Below are positions 51,814-63,471 of a stretch of 64,000 nucleotides of DNA, in pieces. A program made the position numbers and the translations under genes. How positions within the stretch are numbered: position 1 is the first letter of the stretch; every line of letters begins with the position of its first letter. Location of the stretch: the NCBI GenBank assembly GCA_050246315.1, contig JBFWWG010000007.1, forward strand, positions 128,001 to 192,000. Direction: 5' to 3'. The notes beneath the pieces were generated by a model. That model made no database searches, was not told the origin of the DNA, and saw nothing but the letters and a program-made list of their open reading frames with translations. This DNA is from Nitrospiraceae bacterium. GTDB lineage: Bacteria > Nitrospirota > Nitrospiria > Nitrospirales > Nitrospiraceae.

Positions 51814-53088
51814 CTACGTGATCTTTGCGCTCGGAGCGCTCTTCTGCCGCTGGATGATGCCGCCGAGCGCGCCGAGCTTCTCTTCGAGCCGTTCGTACCC
51901 TCGGTCCAGGTGATAAATGCGGGACACCTCGGTCATCCCGTCCGCGGCCAGGCCAGCCAGGACCAAGCCGGCGCTCGCGCGAAGATCTGATGCCATCACC
52001 GGCGCGCCGGTCAATCCCTTGCAGCCGGTCACGACGGCATGGTTGCCCTCGATCCTGATGTCGGCGCCCATCCGTTGTAATTCCTGGATGTGCATGTACC
52101 GCCCTTCAAAAATCGTTTCCGTCACCACGCTGGTCCCGCTCGAGATCGCCAGCAACGCCACCATCTGCGCCTGCATGTCGGTCGGAAAGGCCGGATAGGC
52201 CCCGGTTTTGATATCCGTGGCGACCGACCGTTGATCGCACCTGACGCGGAGCGTTTCTTTTCCTTCCTCGACCGTCACCCCGCAGGCCCGGAGCTTGAGC
52301 GTCAGGGCTTCCAAATGGTCAGGACGGCAGGACTCCACGCAGACATCCCCTCGCGTCATGGCACCCGCCACCAGATAGGTTCCGGTCTCGATCCGGTCGG
52401 GAATGACTTCATGGTCCGCCCCATGGAGCTGCGCGACCCCCTCGACCGTGATGACGTCGGTCCCGGCCCCTTCAATACGGGCTCCGCGTTTGACGAGGAA
52501 GCTCGCCAGATCGGTGACCTCCGGCTCCTTGGCCGCGTTTTCGATCACGGTCACGCCATTCGCCAGGCAAGCCGCCATCATGAGATTCTCGGTACCCGTG
52601 ACGGTCGAGACATCGCAATAGATGCGGGCTCCCGTGAGGCGCGATGCCCTGGCTCGGATGTAGCCATGATCGATCGAGACCTCGGCCCCGAGCTTGGTCA
52701 ATCCGGCAAGGTGGAAATTGACCGGTCGAGAGCCGATCGCGCAACCGCCCGGCAGCGACACAGTCGCTTCGCCCCATCGCGCGACCAAGGGGCCAAGGAC
52801 CAAGATCGACGCGCGCATGGTCCGAACCAGATCATACGGAGCTTCGCTCGATCGGAGATGATCGCACTTGGCGACAACCCGATCTCCCTCCGTTGTGATC
52901 GAACAACCCAGCATGTTCAATAGCTTGATCATCGTCACCACGTCCACAACCTGGGGCACATTGGACAGTTCACACTCTCCCGCACCCAGGATGGTTGAGG
53001 CCAGGATCGGCAAAGCTGCATTCTTGGCTCCGCTGGCCTTAATGGTGCCGCGCAACCTGGCTCCTCCGCTGATGACGAGACGGTCCAT
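51814..53088 (-). CDS. murA: UDP-N-acetylglucosamine 1-carboxyvinyltransferase
   Basis: [41 protein letters not shown]. Confidence 0.99.
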   Translation of the reverse strand: MDRLVISGGARLRGTIKASGAKNAALPILASTILGAGECELSNVPQVVDVVTMIKLLNMLGCSITTEGDRVVAKCDHLRSSEAPYDLVRTMRASILVLGPLVARWGEATVSLPGGCAIGSRPVNFHLAGLTKLGAEVSIDHGYIRARASRLTGARIYCDVSTVTGTENLMMAACLANGVTVIENAAKEPEVTDLASFLVKRGARIEGAGTDVITVEGVAQLHGADHEVIPDRIETGTYLVAGAMTRGDVCVESCRPDHLEALTLKLRACGVTVEEGKETLRVRCDQRSVATDIKTGAYPAFPTDMQAQMVALLAISSGTSVVTETIFEGRYMHIQELQRMGADIRIEGNHAVVTGCKGLTGAPVMASDLRASAGLVLAGLAADGMTEVSRIYHLDRGYERLEEKLGALGGIIQRQKSAPSAKIT

Positions 53089-53174
53089 GCCTAGATGTAT
53101 CTATCGTTGATGGTTTTTAGCATGAGATGATTGACTTTGCTTTTTATCGGCGTGGATTGGCCGCCATTCTACGA

Positions 53175-54071
53175 TCAGGAATGTCGTTCCGCCCACACGA
53201 TCCGTTCGATCCCCTGCTGATCTCGGATGGTGCGAATGTTCCGATATTCGCACTGCGCCCTCACCAGATCGACACAGGTCGGTGCCGCCCCCGCTCCCAC
53301 CTCCATAGCCAAGATCCCTCCGGGAGCCAGGTATCGGACAGCCTGCGATACCAGTCGCCGATGGATTGCCAATCCGTCCGGGCCACCCGCCAGTGCCAGG
53401 CGAGGTTCGAACAGCCCCACTTCGGGCTGGAGTCTAGCTAATTCGTCCTCTGGAATATAGGGGGGATTGGAGAGGATGGCCGTCAATCGCCCTTGCATCG
53501 AACAGGCCCCCAGAGGGGCCAATAGATCCCCTTCAAGCAGCCTCACACGGTCAGCAACCCCATGCCGCACCAAGTTTTTGCGGGCTACTTGGAGCGCAGC
53601 CGACGAACAATCGATCCCGTAAATGTTCGCCTGCGGCAAGGCCAAGGCGAGGCTCACCGCGATACAGCCGGAGCCGGTTCCCACATCTGCGATCAGGAGA
53701 TTGGTCATCGTCGCCATCCAGCGCACGCCTTCCTCCACCAGCAATTCCGTTTCTGGGCGAGGGATCAAGACGGCCGGCGTGACGGTGAAGGCACGGCCGC
53801 AAAACTCTTGGCTGCCCAGCAGATACTGAAGCGGCTCCCGTGCAGCCCGCCGGCGCAGCAGAGCTTCCGCCCGCTCACGCTGAACGGCCGGGACCGCCTG
53901 GTCTCTGTCGAATTGGAGCCGGAGGTGATTCCGCTCCAGCGCCGCTTCGAGGATCCAGATCGCCTCCCGTTCCGCGGACTCGATGCCGGCCTGCTGGAGC
54001 TGTTTGATGCTCCGGCGCAGCAGTTCCTTGACGGTCATGCAGCCCGCTTCCGCTGCCAGCCATTCGGCCAT
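53175..54071 (-). CDS. prmC: Release factor glutamine methyltransferase
   Basis: EPLQY, LIPRPETE, DVGTGSG, SNPPY. Confidence 0.98.
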   Translation of the reverse strand: MAEWLAAEAGCMTVKELLRRSIKQLQQAGIESAEREAIWILEAALERNHLRLQFDRDQAVPAVQRERAEALLRRRAAREPLQYLLGSQEFCGRAFTVTPAVLIPRPETELLVEEGVRWMATMTNLLIADVGTGSGCIAVSLALALPQANIYGIDCSSAALQVARKNLVRHGVADRVRLLEGDLLAPLGACSMQGRLTAILSNPPYIPEDELARLQPEVGLFEPRLALAGGPDGLAIHRRLVSQAVRYLAPGGILAMEVGAGAAPTCVDLVRAQCEYRNIRTIRDQQGIERIVWAERHS

Positions 54072-54074
54072 CGG

Positions 54075-55217
54075 TCACGCCTCTTGCGGCGAGTTCGTTT
54101 GGGCCTGCGTCTGAGCCTGCGCCGAGCGAAGCCCTTCCACAATTTCGTCGAGGTCTCCCTCCAGCACCTGATCCAGACGATGGAGGGTTAGGCCGATTCG
54201 ATGGTCGGTCACCCGATTTTGCGGAAAGTTATAGGTCCTGATCTTCTCGCTCCGGTCGCCACTCCCAACCTGAGACTTGCGATGCTGAGCAATCTCCGCC
54301 TCCTGCTTTTCCCGTTCAGCTTCAACGATACGGGCGCGCAGGGTTCGCATGGCCTTGTTGCGATTCTTGAGTTGGGAACGTTCGTCCTGACAACTCACCA
54401 CGACTCCGGTGGGAATGTGCGTGATCCGCACCGCGGAATAGGTGGTATTGACGCTCTGACCGCCGGCACCGGACGAGCAGAAGGTGTCGATGCGAAGATC
54501 CTTCGGATCAATGCGCACCTCCACCTCATCGACCTCCGGCATCACCGCCACGGTGACAGCGGAGGTGTGGATGCGCCCACTGGCCTCCGTGACCGGCACG
54601 CGCTGCACCCGATGCACGCCGCTCTCATACTTCAGATGGCCGAATGCGCCCTTGCCCTCGACCAGCACGATGATTTCTTTATAGCCGCCGATCCCGGTCT
54701 GGGAGGCATCGACCAACTCGGTTCTCAGTCCCTTGCGCTCCGCATACTTCATATACATGCGGAGCAGATCGCCCGCGAACAGGGCGGCTTCCTCGCCTCC
54801 CGTGCCGGCACGTATCTCCAGGAAGACGCTTTTCTCGTCTCTCGGATCTTTGGGCACGAGCAACTCGAACGCGCGCTGTTCAAGTTCTCGGCGACGAGCT
54901 TCGAGCTGTTGCGCCTCTTCCCGGGCAAGACTGCGCAGGTCGGCATCGGCGGCCCCGTCGCCCAGCAACTGCAGGACCTCCTCCTGTTGGCGGAGGAGGT
55001 CCTGCCTGACATCAAACAGTTGCGCGAGCTCCTCGAGCTCTAGCCGTTCTTTGTTGAGCTTGCGAATGAGGGGCGGCTGAGTAAGGACGGCCTCGTCATG
55101 AAGTTGGCGGACCAATTCATCGTGGCGAGCCTTGGCCGTGTCCCACTTGGAGAGCAGAGCGGTTTCCTTGATATCCGACACTGGTCCGTTGGCCACGGGA
55201 TGGCCTCTCGTTTCCAT
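54075..55217 (-). CDS. prfA: Peptide chain release factor 1
   Basis: [14 protein letters not shown] motif, GGQ, RTYNFPQ. The start is uncertain (ATG 55217 or GTG near 55196). Confidence 0.98.
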   Translation of the reverse strand: METRGHPVANGPVSDIKETALLSKWDTAKARHDELVRQLHDEAVLTQPPLIRKLNKERLELEELAQLFDVRQDLLRQQEEVLQLLGDGAADADLRSLAREEAQQLEARRRELEQRAFELLVPKDPRDEKSVFLEIRAGTGGEEAALFAGDLLRMYMKYAERKGLRTELVDASQTGIGGYKEIIVLVEGKGAFGHLKYESGVHRVQRVPVTEASGRIHTSAVTVAVMPEVDEVEVRIDPKDLRIDTFCSSGAGGQSVNTTYSAVRITHIPTGVVVSCQDERSQLKNRNKAMRTLRARIVEAEREKQEAEIAQHRKSQVGSGDRSEKIRTYNFPQNRVTDHRIGLTLHRLDQVLEGDLDEIVEGLRSAQAQTQAQTNSPQEA

Positions 55218-55257
55218 GTTGGCAGGTGACGTGAGACATGACGCACCGGCTGCGAAC

Positions 55258-55464
55258 TTATGTGGCTTTCTTGGCGTATTTCTTCTTGAACCGCTCGACC
55301 CGCCCTTCCGTATCAACGATCTTCTGCATGCCCGTGAAGAACGGATGGCAGCTCGAACAGATATCGACCTTCAGATCACCGACCGTCGTGCGTGTGCTGA
55401 ACCGGGCACCGCAGGCGCAACTGATCCAGGCTGTCCGGTACCCGGGGTGAATGCTCTTCTTCAT
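55258..55464 (-). CDS. rpmE: 50S ribosomal protein L31 (Zn-binding type)
   Basis: [27 protein letters not shown]. Confidence 0.98.
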   Translation of the reverse strand: MKKSIHPGYRTAWISCACGARFSTRTTVGDLKVDICSSCHPFFTGMQKIVDTEGRVERFKKKYAKKAT

Positions 55465-55491
55465 GTATGTGTCCTCTCAAACTCCGCCCTG

Positions 55492-56739
55492 TTAGCGATT
55501 CATCGACAGCAAAAACTCTTGATTCCCCTTTGTTCCCTGCATCTTGTCCATCAAAAACTCCATCGCCTCGACTGTCCCCAGTGGACTCAGCACCTTCCGC
55601 AGGATCCACATCTTGTTGAGGCGATCCTTCTCCACGAGCAGTTCTTCTTTTCGCGTGCCGGACTGGGCAATGTCAATAGCCGGGAAGATCCGCTTGTCCG
55701 CCAATCGGCGATCGAGATGAACTTCCATGTTGCCGGTCCCCTTGAACTCCTCGAAAATCACGTCGTCCATGCGGCTTCCCGTATCGACCAGCGCAGTGGC
55801 CATGATCGTCAGACTCCCACCGTTCTCAATGTTGCGGGCGGCGCCGAAGAATCGCTTCGGGCGCTGCAATGCGTTGGAATCCAACCCGCCGGACAGAACC
55901 TTGCCGCTCGGCGGCGCGATCGTATTATAGGCCCGCGCCAGACGAGTGACGCTATCCAGGAGAACGACCACGTCCCGCTTGTGCTCGACGAGCCGCTTGG
56001 CCTTTTCCAGGACCATTTCCGCAACCTGGGCATGCCGCTGCGCCGGTTCGTCGAACGTCGAACTGATCACCTCCGCGCGGACCTGCCGCTGCCAATCGGT
56101 GACCTCCTCCGGACGTTCGTCGATCAGCAACACGATCAAAACGACTTCCGGATGGTTCTTGATGATTGCCCTCGCAATCGCCTGCAAGAGCATGGTCTTG
56201 CCGGTCCGCGGAGCGGCCACGATCAATCCGCGTTGTCCCTTGCCGATCGGTGTGGTCAGGTCCATGACCCGCGTGCAATACTCCTCCGGATCGTATTCGA
56301 GCTTGATCCGTTCTTCGGGATAGAGCGGCGTGAGGTTGTCGAACAGGATCTTATCCCGCGCCACTTCTGGGTCCTCGAAATTGACCTTCTCCACCTTCAA
56401 GAGCGCGAAATACCGTTCGCTCTCTTTGGGCGGCCGAATCTGGCCCGACACAATGTCACCTGTCCGAAGGTTGAACCGCCGAATCTGGGAGGGAGAGATA
56501 TAAATATCATCAGGTCCTGGCAGATAATTTGAATCGGGGGCCCTCAAGAAACCGAATCCATCCGGAAGGGTTTCCAACACGCCCTCCCCAAATACCACGC
56601 CGTTCTTCTCGGTTTGAGCCTGCAGGATGGCAAAGATCAGCTCCTGCTTGCGCAAGTTGGCCGCATTCTCGATTTTCAGGTCGCGGGCCACTTCGTTCAG
56701 ATCGGCGATCGACTTTTGCTTCAATTCAGCCAAATGCAT
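55492..56739 (-). CDS. rho: Transcription termination factor Rho
   Basis: [36 protein letters not shown]. Confidence 0.99.
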   Translation of the reverse strand: MHLAELKQKSIADLNEVARDLKIENAANLRKQELIFAILQAQTEKNGVVFGEGVLETLPDGFGFLRAPDSNYLPGPDDIYISPSQIRRFNLRTGDIVSGQIRPPKESERYFALLKVEKVNFEDPEVARDKILFDNLTPLYPEERIKLEYDPEEYCTRVMDLTTPIGKGQRGLIVAAPRTGKTMLLQAIARAIIKNHPEVVLIVLLIDERPEEVTDWQRQVRAEVISSTFDEPAQRHAQVAEMVLEKAKRLVEHKRDVVVLLDSVTRLARAYNTIAPPSGKVLSGGLDSNALQRPKRFFGAARNIENGGSLTIMATALVDTGSRMDDVIFEEFKGTGNMEVHLDRRLADKRIFPAIDIAQSGTRKEELLVEKDRLNKMWILRKVLSPLGTVEAMEFLMDKMQGTKGNQEFLLSMNR

Positions 56740-57183
56740 ACATTCCCCCTTGGCAGGTCACACTACCCCGCTCGTGCTGCTGCACGTAATAGGACGTGGA
56801 TAATATGAAAAGGTAACAACAATAACGACTGATCTCACACGACCGGATTGCTATCGGTATTGTCCAACAAACACTCAATACAATTGACAATTTCAGAAGT
56901 TTAGGTGGTTCGCCTCGGCTAGAGTTTGAGTTTATGTATGGCCTGGCTAGGGTTGAGAGGTATTTGATTGGGAATTGAATAACAAGCGGCCGGTTGCCTG
57001 CACAAGCCCATGACACTTACAGTCGTTTGCTCACTGAGGGCAGTCGCGGATGGCACTGCACGAACCCTCATACCTCAGGAGCCTTCCGGCTTCCCCGAAT
57101 TGCTGATCGCGAAATCGACTCCGAAGAGTTGGCTTAAGTAAGACGGTTGGGGTAATCAGTGTCCGGTAAGTACGATCAGTTTC

Positions 57184-57212
57184 ATGCTAACGCTGAGATA
57201 CTGCAATGTCAA
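57184..57212 (-). promoter_or_regulatory. Putative sigma70 promoter of rho
   Basis: TTGACA-17 bp-TAGCAT, about 445 bp upstream of the rho ATG. Confidence 0.6.
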
Positions 57213-57351
57213 GTAGCGGACCGAAAAAACTGTCCGCAGGGTGTCGCCTCGCTGGAATATTCTGAAATAGGGACATACCGATTTCCCGCTTGTGAGACCT
57301 GTTGCACCACATTCAGGGCTTGTGCTAAACAGCCCTTGCAGCAAGAATCCT

Positions 57352-57765
57352 ATGGATGACGCGCCTCTCAGTCCGCCGGAACGAACCTTCTCTGTTGAGG
57401 AAGCCAACGTTCTCATCCCTCACCTGAGGACGCTATTCTTGCGCATCAAGACGGCCCGCTCGGTTCTGATCAGGATCGGGGGGGAGATCCGGAAGGCCGC
57501 TGCAAAGATGGATATCGGAGGTGGGAGTCCGTATGGAAGCCTCTACCTCCAAACATTGGAGGACGTCTCAAGCAGCATCCAGGCACTCCAGGAAACCGGA
57601 GTGCTGATTAAGGACCTGGATAGTGGGTTGTGTGATTTCCCGCATAGTTCGGATGGCCGGATCGTTTACCTCTGCTGGCAGATGGGGGAGGAGGAAATAA
57701 GCTGGTGGCATGAAGTCGCCAGCGGTTTTCAAGGTCGCCAGCCTCTGGAATCGCTGGCCACATAA
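57352..57765 (+). CDS. DUF2203 family protein
   Basis: FSVEEAN.LIP, G..IKDLD.GL.DFP...GR.VYLCW..GE..I..WH....GF.GR. Confidence 0.88.
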   Translation: MDDAPLSPPERTFSVEEANVLIPHLRTLFLRIKTARSVLIRIGGEIRKAAAKMDIGGGSPYGSLYLQTLEDVSSSIQALQETGVLIKDLDSGLCDFPHSSDGRIVYLCWQMGEEEISWWHEVASGFQGRQPLESLAT

Positions 57766-57842
57766 AGACTTGGCTGCTTTTTGCATCGGCCCCCCCATAC
57801 CTCCAGCAAAACAATCATGAAATAGAACGATTCGCATACACG

Positions 57843-58130
57843 ATGAAATTTGTCATTCTTGGTTTTGACGGTCCCGATGGGGAGGCTGGAAGGAAAATCC
57901 ATCGGCCGACGCACCTCGCAAGGTTGGAGCCGCTCGACGCACAAGGGCGGGTCGTGCTCGCTGGACCCTTTACGGACAAGGCAGGAAGCCTGATCATTAT
58001 CGAAGCTGAATCTCTCGAGGAAGCTGAAGCGTTCGCGCAGAGCGACCCCTATGTCCAATTTGGGATCTTCGAACGAGTGGAAATCCACCCTTTTATGCAG
58101 GTTTTCCCGAAAGCAGCCCTTCCAAAGTAA
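57843..58130 (+). CDS. YciI family protein
   Basis: R..HRP.HL, AGP, GSLIIIEAES...A....DPY. Confidence 0.92.
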   Translation: MKFVILGFDGPDGEAGRKIHRPTHLARLEPLDAQGRVVLAGPFTDKAGSLIIIEAESLEEAEAFAQSDPYVQFGIFERVEIHPFMQVFPKAALPK

Positions 58131-58325
58131 CTCAATAAACTTGTTTGCGCTTCTGACCCATCAGACAGATGAGCCGCCCTCGCTCTGCCGCGTATTCGAT
58201 CGACTCTCGCCGCTGTAGGACCGCACATCTCCGCTGGAGATACCCTCCTTCCGCCTGCGGCGGTTTGCCCGAAGCAGGGGTGGGCGGTAAGCTTTCAGGA
58301 CAGCCTCCTTACCAACGATTGCCTC

Positions 58326-59576
58326 ATGCAGATTCAATTCCTGCCCTTCGCCCTACTCTTGACGATCGTTTTCACAATATCCCGCTTAGCCCTCGCGGAT
58401 GATCCTCGAACCGTTATTAGTGAGGCGGTCTATGTCATGGCAGACCGAGATACGCTCGTGTCGGCAAGAGAAGCCGCATTGCTCCGTGCCAAACAGAAGG
58501 CCATCGAGCAGGCTGGAGTGTACTTGGAGAGCTGGTTCACCGACGTATCACATGAGACGGCAACCGAAGCTCACCATACCAGTTCATTGGTGATCCGTAC
58601 GATTGCTGCCGCCGTCACCGAGACGGAAATCCTCGACCAGGAAAGTTCTATCACCGAGGGTCGGCCGTCGTTTTATGTCAAGATCCGAGCCGTCGTGGAT
58701 CGCGTGCATCTGGCCGACGCTGTCCGGCGTCTCCAACTCGAGGACCGCTTCGCCAGCCATCTGCAGCAACTCAAGAGCGAAAATTCCACCCTGAAAGCCG
58801 AGCTCTCGAAGCTGACTCATGAACTGGAGGCCTATCGCGACAATCGGAGCCCAGTCCGGATCGAAACGCCTGATGAATTAGTCCAGCGGGCCTTCAAGAC
58901 TTCTCGCCTATCCGAGAAGGTTCTCTTGGCGACCCAAGCCATCCAACTGAACCCGCAACTCGCGGATCCCTACGTCGTACGAGGTCAGACGTACTTGAAG
59001 GCAGCCACCGAAACGAAGGTTCGCATGGGCCCCGGCGCAGACTTCGACCTTTTCATTCGATTGGCTTCCGAGGACTTTTCCCGTGCTCTATCCATCGACT
59101 CCCACCAGACATGGGCCTATCTGGGCCGCGCGGATCTGCATAGCCTACAAGGAAACTCCACCGAAGCCCTGAAGGATTATCGGCAACTTCTGGATATTGA
59201 CCCTCTGTGTGACCTGGCCCGGCAGCGAATGACCGTGCTTGCGATCCAGACTGCCAAGAAGCAGATTCGCGCGCGCGACTGGCAGGACGCTTCCATGACC
59301 CTGGACAGCCTGTTGGGCAGTGATCCGTCTTCGTCATGGGTTTCCTATCAGGCGGAAGCCTACCTCCTTCGTAGCAGAGTCCGCAGAGCCCTTGGCCGTC
59401 GGGAGGATGCGCTCGAAGATCTCAACACACTGTTGACAGCCCTTCCCCATCACGCAGAAGGCTTGCGTCATCGCGGGCAATTGCACGAAGCTCTGGGCAT
59501 GACCTCTGAGGCAATCTCGGACTTGCAGCATGCCTGCACCCTGGGCCTGAAAGCCGCTTGTCCGTCGTCATCCTAG
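58326..59576 (+). CDS. Exported tetratricopeptide-repeat protein
   Basis: Signal peptide, A...AK.KAIE..G domain, coiled coil, several TPRs (AY..R...A..D), ending AC.LG...AC. Confidence 0.8.
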   Translation: MQIQFLPFALLLTIVFTISRLALADDPRTVISEAVYVMADRDTLVSAREAALLRAKQKAIEQAGVYLESWFTDVSHETATEAHHTSSLVIRTIAAAVTETEILDQESSITEGRPSFYVKIRAVVDRVHLADAVRRLQLEDRFASHLQQLKSENSTLKAELSKLTHELEAYRDNRSPVRIETPDELVQRAFKTSRLSEKVLLATQAIQLNPQLADPYVVRGQTYLKAATETKVRMGPGADFDLFIRLASEDFSRALSIDSHQTWAYLGRADLHSLQGNSTEALKDYRQLLDIDPLCDLARQRMTVLAIQTAKKQIRARDWQDASMTLDSLLGSDPSSSWVSYQAEAYLLRSRVRRALGRREDALEDLNTLLTALPHHAEGLRHRGQLHEALGMTSEAISDLQHACTLGLKAACPSSS

Positions 59577-59591
59577 TCCCTGACTCGCGCG

Positions 59592-59621
59592 TTGACACCG
59601 TTCAGAATCGCTCGTTATAGT
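59592..59621 (+). promoter_or_regulatory. Putative sigma70 promoter of the oxidoreductase operon
   Basis: TTGACA-18 bp-TATAGT. Confidence 0.65.
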
Positions 59622-59826
59622 ACGCGGTTAGGTCCCTTGATCGGTCCAAAATATCGAGAGTGCACGCTTAGCCCGAAAGGCCTAATCGTGCATCGAACGA
59701 GGGTCCGAAATTTCGCCACGGTGGGCCTTCTGTGAACTTGCACAACTCGCTGAGAAAGCATAAAGTGTGGGCCAGCTTCCGCCCGGTGTCCGTCATCTTA
59801 TTTCTAACGTCGGAGCTCGATAAACG

Positions 59827-60462
59827 ATGAGTCAATATCGCGTGCTACCAGGTCCAGAGCATTTTTTGCCTCCCGCCGCCGCGTCAATGGGAATCGTGCT
59901 CCCAAATCCAGGAGAAGGCCACATTAACGGAGAGATCGTTCCTGAAGAAAAGGCCATGGAAGAGGCGGCGCGGCAATTTCTCATGGCTCGCGTTCCGACG
60001 ATCTTCCCAGGTCCGTTGGTGTTGTGGGCTTGGAACGAAAAAGCGGCGAAGAAAGCGGCGGCCGTTCGACATCTGTACGAAACCATCAAGGAGTGTGTCA
60101 CTCCTGAACAAAAGGCGATGCTCATTCCCATGCCGGACTATCGCCCCAAGTACCCCAAAATCAATCCCGAAGTCGAGATCAACCCGAACCACCCGAATCT
60201 GACAATCTGGCACAACAAGATCGATGCCTGCATGTTCGTAGGCGTGCATTGCCATCAGGCGAACTTGTCGCTCAAAATCATCCGCGGCGGCACATCCTGC
60301 TATACGATCGCCATGTGTGCCCAAGCTGGTCACGAGGATGCGATGCTCTCGTTCCGCGATGCGTCGGTCGAAAAAATTCATCGCCTCGCGGAGTGGGTCA
60401 AGAGGTTGAAAGGCTCGGTCACGGTGCGGAAAGCGGCCGGGCGTAGTTCGGCATCAAATTAA
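59827..60462 (+). CDS. porD: Five-subunit 2-oxoacid:ferredoxin oxidoreductase, delta subunit
   Basis: PTIFPGP, PMPDYRPKYPKI, INPNHPNLTI, GVHCH; first gene of the D-A-B-G-E cluster. POR versus OGOR (for) is not certain. Confidence 0.8.
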   Translation: MSQYRVLPGPEHFLPPAAASMGIVLPNPGEGHINGEIVPEEKAMEEAARQFLMARVPTIFPGPLVLWAWNEKAAKKAAAVRHLYETIKECVTPEQKAMLIPMPDYRPKYPKINPEVEINPNHPNLTIWHNKIDACMFVGVHCHQANLSLKIIRGGTSCYTIAMCAQAGHEDAMLSFRDASVEKIHRLAEWVKRLKGSVTVRKAAGRSSASN

Positions 60463-60519
60463 ACCCATCGACCTAATTCCGGAAGGCCGAATGGGCTGAC
60501 TGATAAGGAGGCTCGATCC

Positions 60520-61731
60520 ATGGCTGACGTCAAATCCCTGATCGGGACACAAAATAAAAAGGGCCAAACCTACATGGACCCGTGGAAGATGATGTACGAG
60601 GCGCCTCGTACCCCATCGTTTTACACGGGCAGCGAGGTGATCAAGGAGGCCATTCGTCGCGCCAGTTGCGACGTGATGATCGCCTATCCCATCACGCCGC
60701 AGTCGGAAGCGGCCGCCCTGATCGGGGAATTGTTCGCTGAGGGCTATATCGGCGATTACTTCCGCGGCGAGAGCGAATTTGCCGTCATGTCGCAATGTGC
60801 CGGCGCCGCCTTCGGCGGAGCCCGGGTCTTCACGACCACGGCCGGCCCCGGTACCATGCGCGCGATGGAAAACTTCCCCATGTGGGCCGGAGCGCGGCTG
60901 CCGATCCAGATGATCGTCACCTGTCGAGGCATTAACTCCCCCTTGTCGATCCAGCCCGACACGCTTGAGATTTCTTATCTGCTCAACACCGGCATGCTCG
61001 TCTGGCATGCCGAGACCGCGCAGGACTTCTTCGATTGGATCTTAAAAGGATACATGGTCTCCGAAGAGCCGGACGTGCATCTGCCACTGGCACTCTGCTG
61101 CGACGGCTTCTTCGTCACACATACAAAGGACGTGGTGCAACTGACTCCGGCCGATATGTGTTTGCCTCCCTATGATCCCTATCGCTCACCGGTCCCCTGC
61201 ATGGACATGGAGTGTCCACCGGTTCGGATGATGCGCGATCCCTTCATAATGAAAAGTAATTACATCAGCTACGCCACCCATGCCAGTTGGCAGCAAGAAG
61301 TTTGGGCGGCCGTGGAGCGGTCGCGCAAGCACACGAGCCACTGGATCGACGGCCTCATCGACGCCGAGAACACCGATGCCGACGTGATGATCGTGGCCTC
61401 CGGCACGGCGGTCTCTCAGGGACGCGAAGCGATCCGCTTACTGGAGGACGAAGGTGTCCGTTGCGGCCTCATCAAGGTCAAGTCCTTACGCCCCTGGCCC
61501 GGCGAGGAAATCCGCAAAGCCACCCAGCACGCGAAGCATATTTTCGTGCCCGAGTTTAACGTGACCGGTTGGCTGGCAAAAGAGATTCGGGCAACGATTC
61601 CGAACAGCGACCGCGTCCATGCCGGTCCGCACGTCTGCGGCGGAATGACCATGCCACCGGAGATCATCGTGTCGGAAATCAAGACCGCGCTCGGGATGAA
61701 GACTTTCTCCCTCGCCGGACGCGGCAGTTGA
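60520..61731 (+). CDS. porA: 2-oxoacid:ferredoxin oxidoreductase alpha subunit
   Basis: AYPITPQSE, ESE, TTAGPG, DGFFVTH, LRPWP, GG. Confidence 0.9.
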   Translation: MADVKSLIGTQNKKGQTYMDPWKMMYEAPRTPSFYTGSEVIKEAIRRASCDVMIAYPITPQSEAAALIGELFAEGYIGDYFRGESEFAVMSQCAGAAFGGARVFTTTAGPGTMRAMENFPMWAGARLPIQMIVTCRGINSPLSIQPDTLEISYLLNTGMLVWHAETAQDFFDWILKGYMVSEEPDVHLPLALCCDGFFVTHTKDVVQLTPADMCLPPYDPYRSPVPCMDMECPPVRMMRDPFIMKSNYISYATHASWQQEVWAAVERSRKHTSHWIDGLIDAENTDADVMIVASGTAVSQGREAIRLLEDEGVRCGLIKVKSLRPWPGEEIRKATQHAKHIFVPEFNVTGWLAKEIRATIPNSDRVHAGPHVCGGMTMPPEIIVSEIKTALGMKTFSLAGRGS

Positions 61732-61813
61732 GACGCAGAACGGTCGGAGGTTCACAAGAATTAGCCAACAGAGGTCGCCATATCGATAGACTGACGCCGT
61801 AGAGGAGGCCCCA

Positions 61814-62719
61814 ATGAGCAAAGAGCGGATTAAGATCGCACCCGAACTCTTCGATATCATGCCCCCGGAGTATAAGGATCTCGTCCAGCGATCCACCTAT
61901 GGAAAAGACGACCGCGGGTGGAAGGACATCGGCAATTCAAAGGAGCTGATCGAGCAACATTCCTTGTGCGCCGGCTGTCCGGAATCCATGGCCTTCCGAT
62001 ATATTCTCGCCTCTTTGCCGGCTCCTGAGGATACGGTCATGGTCGGGTCCACCGGTTGTACGAGCCTCGTGTTCCCCATGGTGGCCGTCCACAACATCCA
62101 TTCGTTGTTCGGCAACCAAAACGCGGTCGCTTCCGGCTTGAAGCGAGCGCTCACGGTCCGCTTTCCGGGCAAGATCAAGGATGTGGTGGTGCTGGCCGGC
62201 GACGGCGCCACAGTCGATATCGGACTGGACATGACGCTGCAGGCATGGTTCCGCCAAGAAAAGTTCACTACGATCTGCTTTGACAACGAGTTATACGCCA
62301 ACACCGGCGGCCAGGAGAGCGGGCTGATGCAGAAGGGGTTTGTTGCCAAGATGGCGCCGGTGGGCAAGCTGTTCGACAAAGTCCGGCTGCCGGAAATCGC
62401 CCGCGAATCGGGCTGCCATTACGTGGTGAATTGCACCGTGAGCAAACCTTCCGTCGTCGAGAAAGTCGTCCGCAACGCGGTCATGATCGCCAGAGAAATC
62501 GGACCGACCTATCTGCAACTCTATACGCCCTGCATTCTGGAGATCGGCAAGAACAGCATGGAAGGGCTCCAGGAAATGCGGGATTCGGAGAAGCCGACCG
62601 AGCGCTTTGCCTACAAGGAATACATCAGCGAACCGGCCAAGCAGCTTCTGGCCGAAATGGCCGCCAAGGACAAGGAAAAGAAAGCCGCCGCGAAGCAATT
62701 GGCCGGGCAACAGGCCTAA
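61814..62719 (+). CDS. porB: 2-oxoacid:ferredoxin oxidoreductase beta subunit
   Basis: CAGC, TGC, GDG...DNE.Y.NTGGQ ThDP motif, PC. Confidence 0.9.
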   Translation: MSKERIKIAPELFDIMPPEYKDLVQRSTYGKDDRGWKDIGNSKELIEQHSLCAGCPESMAFRYILASLPAPEDTVMVGSTGCTSLVFPMVAVHNIHSLFGNQNAVASGLKRALTVRFPGKIKDVVVLAGDGATVDIGLDMTLQAWFRQEKFTTICFDNELYANTGGQESGLMQKGFVAKMAPVGKLFDKVRLPEIARESGCHYVVNCTVSKPSVVEKVVRNAVMIAREIGPTYLQLYTPCILEIGKNSMEGLQEMRDSEKPTERFAYKEYISEPAKQLLAEMAAKDKEKKAAAKQLAGQQA

Positions 62720-62741
62720 GCCGCCTACAAGAGGATCGACC

Positions 62742-63449
62742 ATGATTAAGAAAAGACTGAATATCCGAATGTCTGGTTTGGGCGGGCAAGGCGCCGTCAC
62801 GGCCGCGCACGTCATGGCGATGGCGGCCAACCGGGACGGAAAATTTTCGATCTCCAATCCGTTCTTCGGCGCGGAGAAGCGAATGGCGCCGGCGGAAAGT
62901 TATTGCCGCATCGGCATCGAGCGGATTTTCGACCGTGGCGAGTTGGTCTTCCCCGATGTCATCGAGGTGTTTCATCCTCAGGTCATTACGATGGGGAAGA
63001 GCTATACCATGCCCTTCTATTCAGGTATCAAGGAAGGTGGCGTGGTGATCATCAATTCCGATATCCCTCTGTTGTCCGAGGAGGACATGGACCGGCTCAA
63101 GGATTTGAATGTTGCCACTCTGTATATCCCCGGCACTCAAATCGCGTTGGAAATCGCCGGCACGGAGCTCTCCACAAACATGACCATGATCGGCTCGGTG
63201 GCCGGGATCACTCAGTGCGTGACGATGGAAGCGCTCGACGGGGCGCTCCAGGAACGGTTCGGCAAGAAATTCGTCGCCTCGGGTGGAACGGCCTCCTTGG
63301 ACGAAGCCATCAAGAAGAAATTCGCAAAGAAAGAAATGCTGCTCCAGAAGAATCTGGCCACCGTTCGGCGGGCCTATGAACTCGGAGCGGAGTGGGCCGA
63401 GAAAAACAAGGTGGAACTGCGGGTCGGAAATCCGGCGGTCGCGGCGTAA
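62742..63449 (+). CDS. porC: 2-oxoacid:ferredoxin oxidoreductase gamma subunit
   Basis: IRMSGLGGQGAVTA, PFFGAEKR, IINS, NM.M.G. Confidence 0.9.
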   Translation: MIKKRLNIRMSGLGGQGAVTAAHVMAMAANRDGKFSISNPFFGAEKRMAPAESYCRIGIERIFDRGELVFPDVIEVFHPQVITMGKSYTMPFYSGIKEGGVVIINSDIPLLSEEDMDRLKDLNVATLYIPGTQIALEIAGTELSTNMTMIGSVAGITQCVTMEALDGALQERFGKKFVASGGTASLDEAIKKKFAKKEMLLQKNLATVRRAYELGAEWAEKNKVELRVGNPAVAA

Positions 63450-63471
63450 TCGAGAGAAGGATACAGAACGC

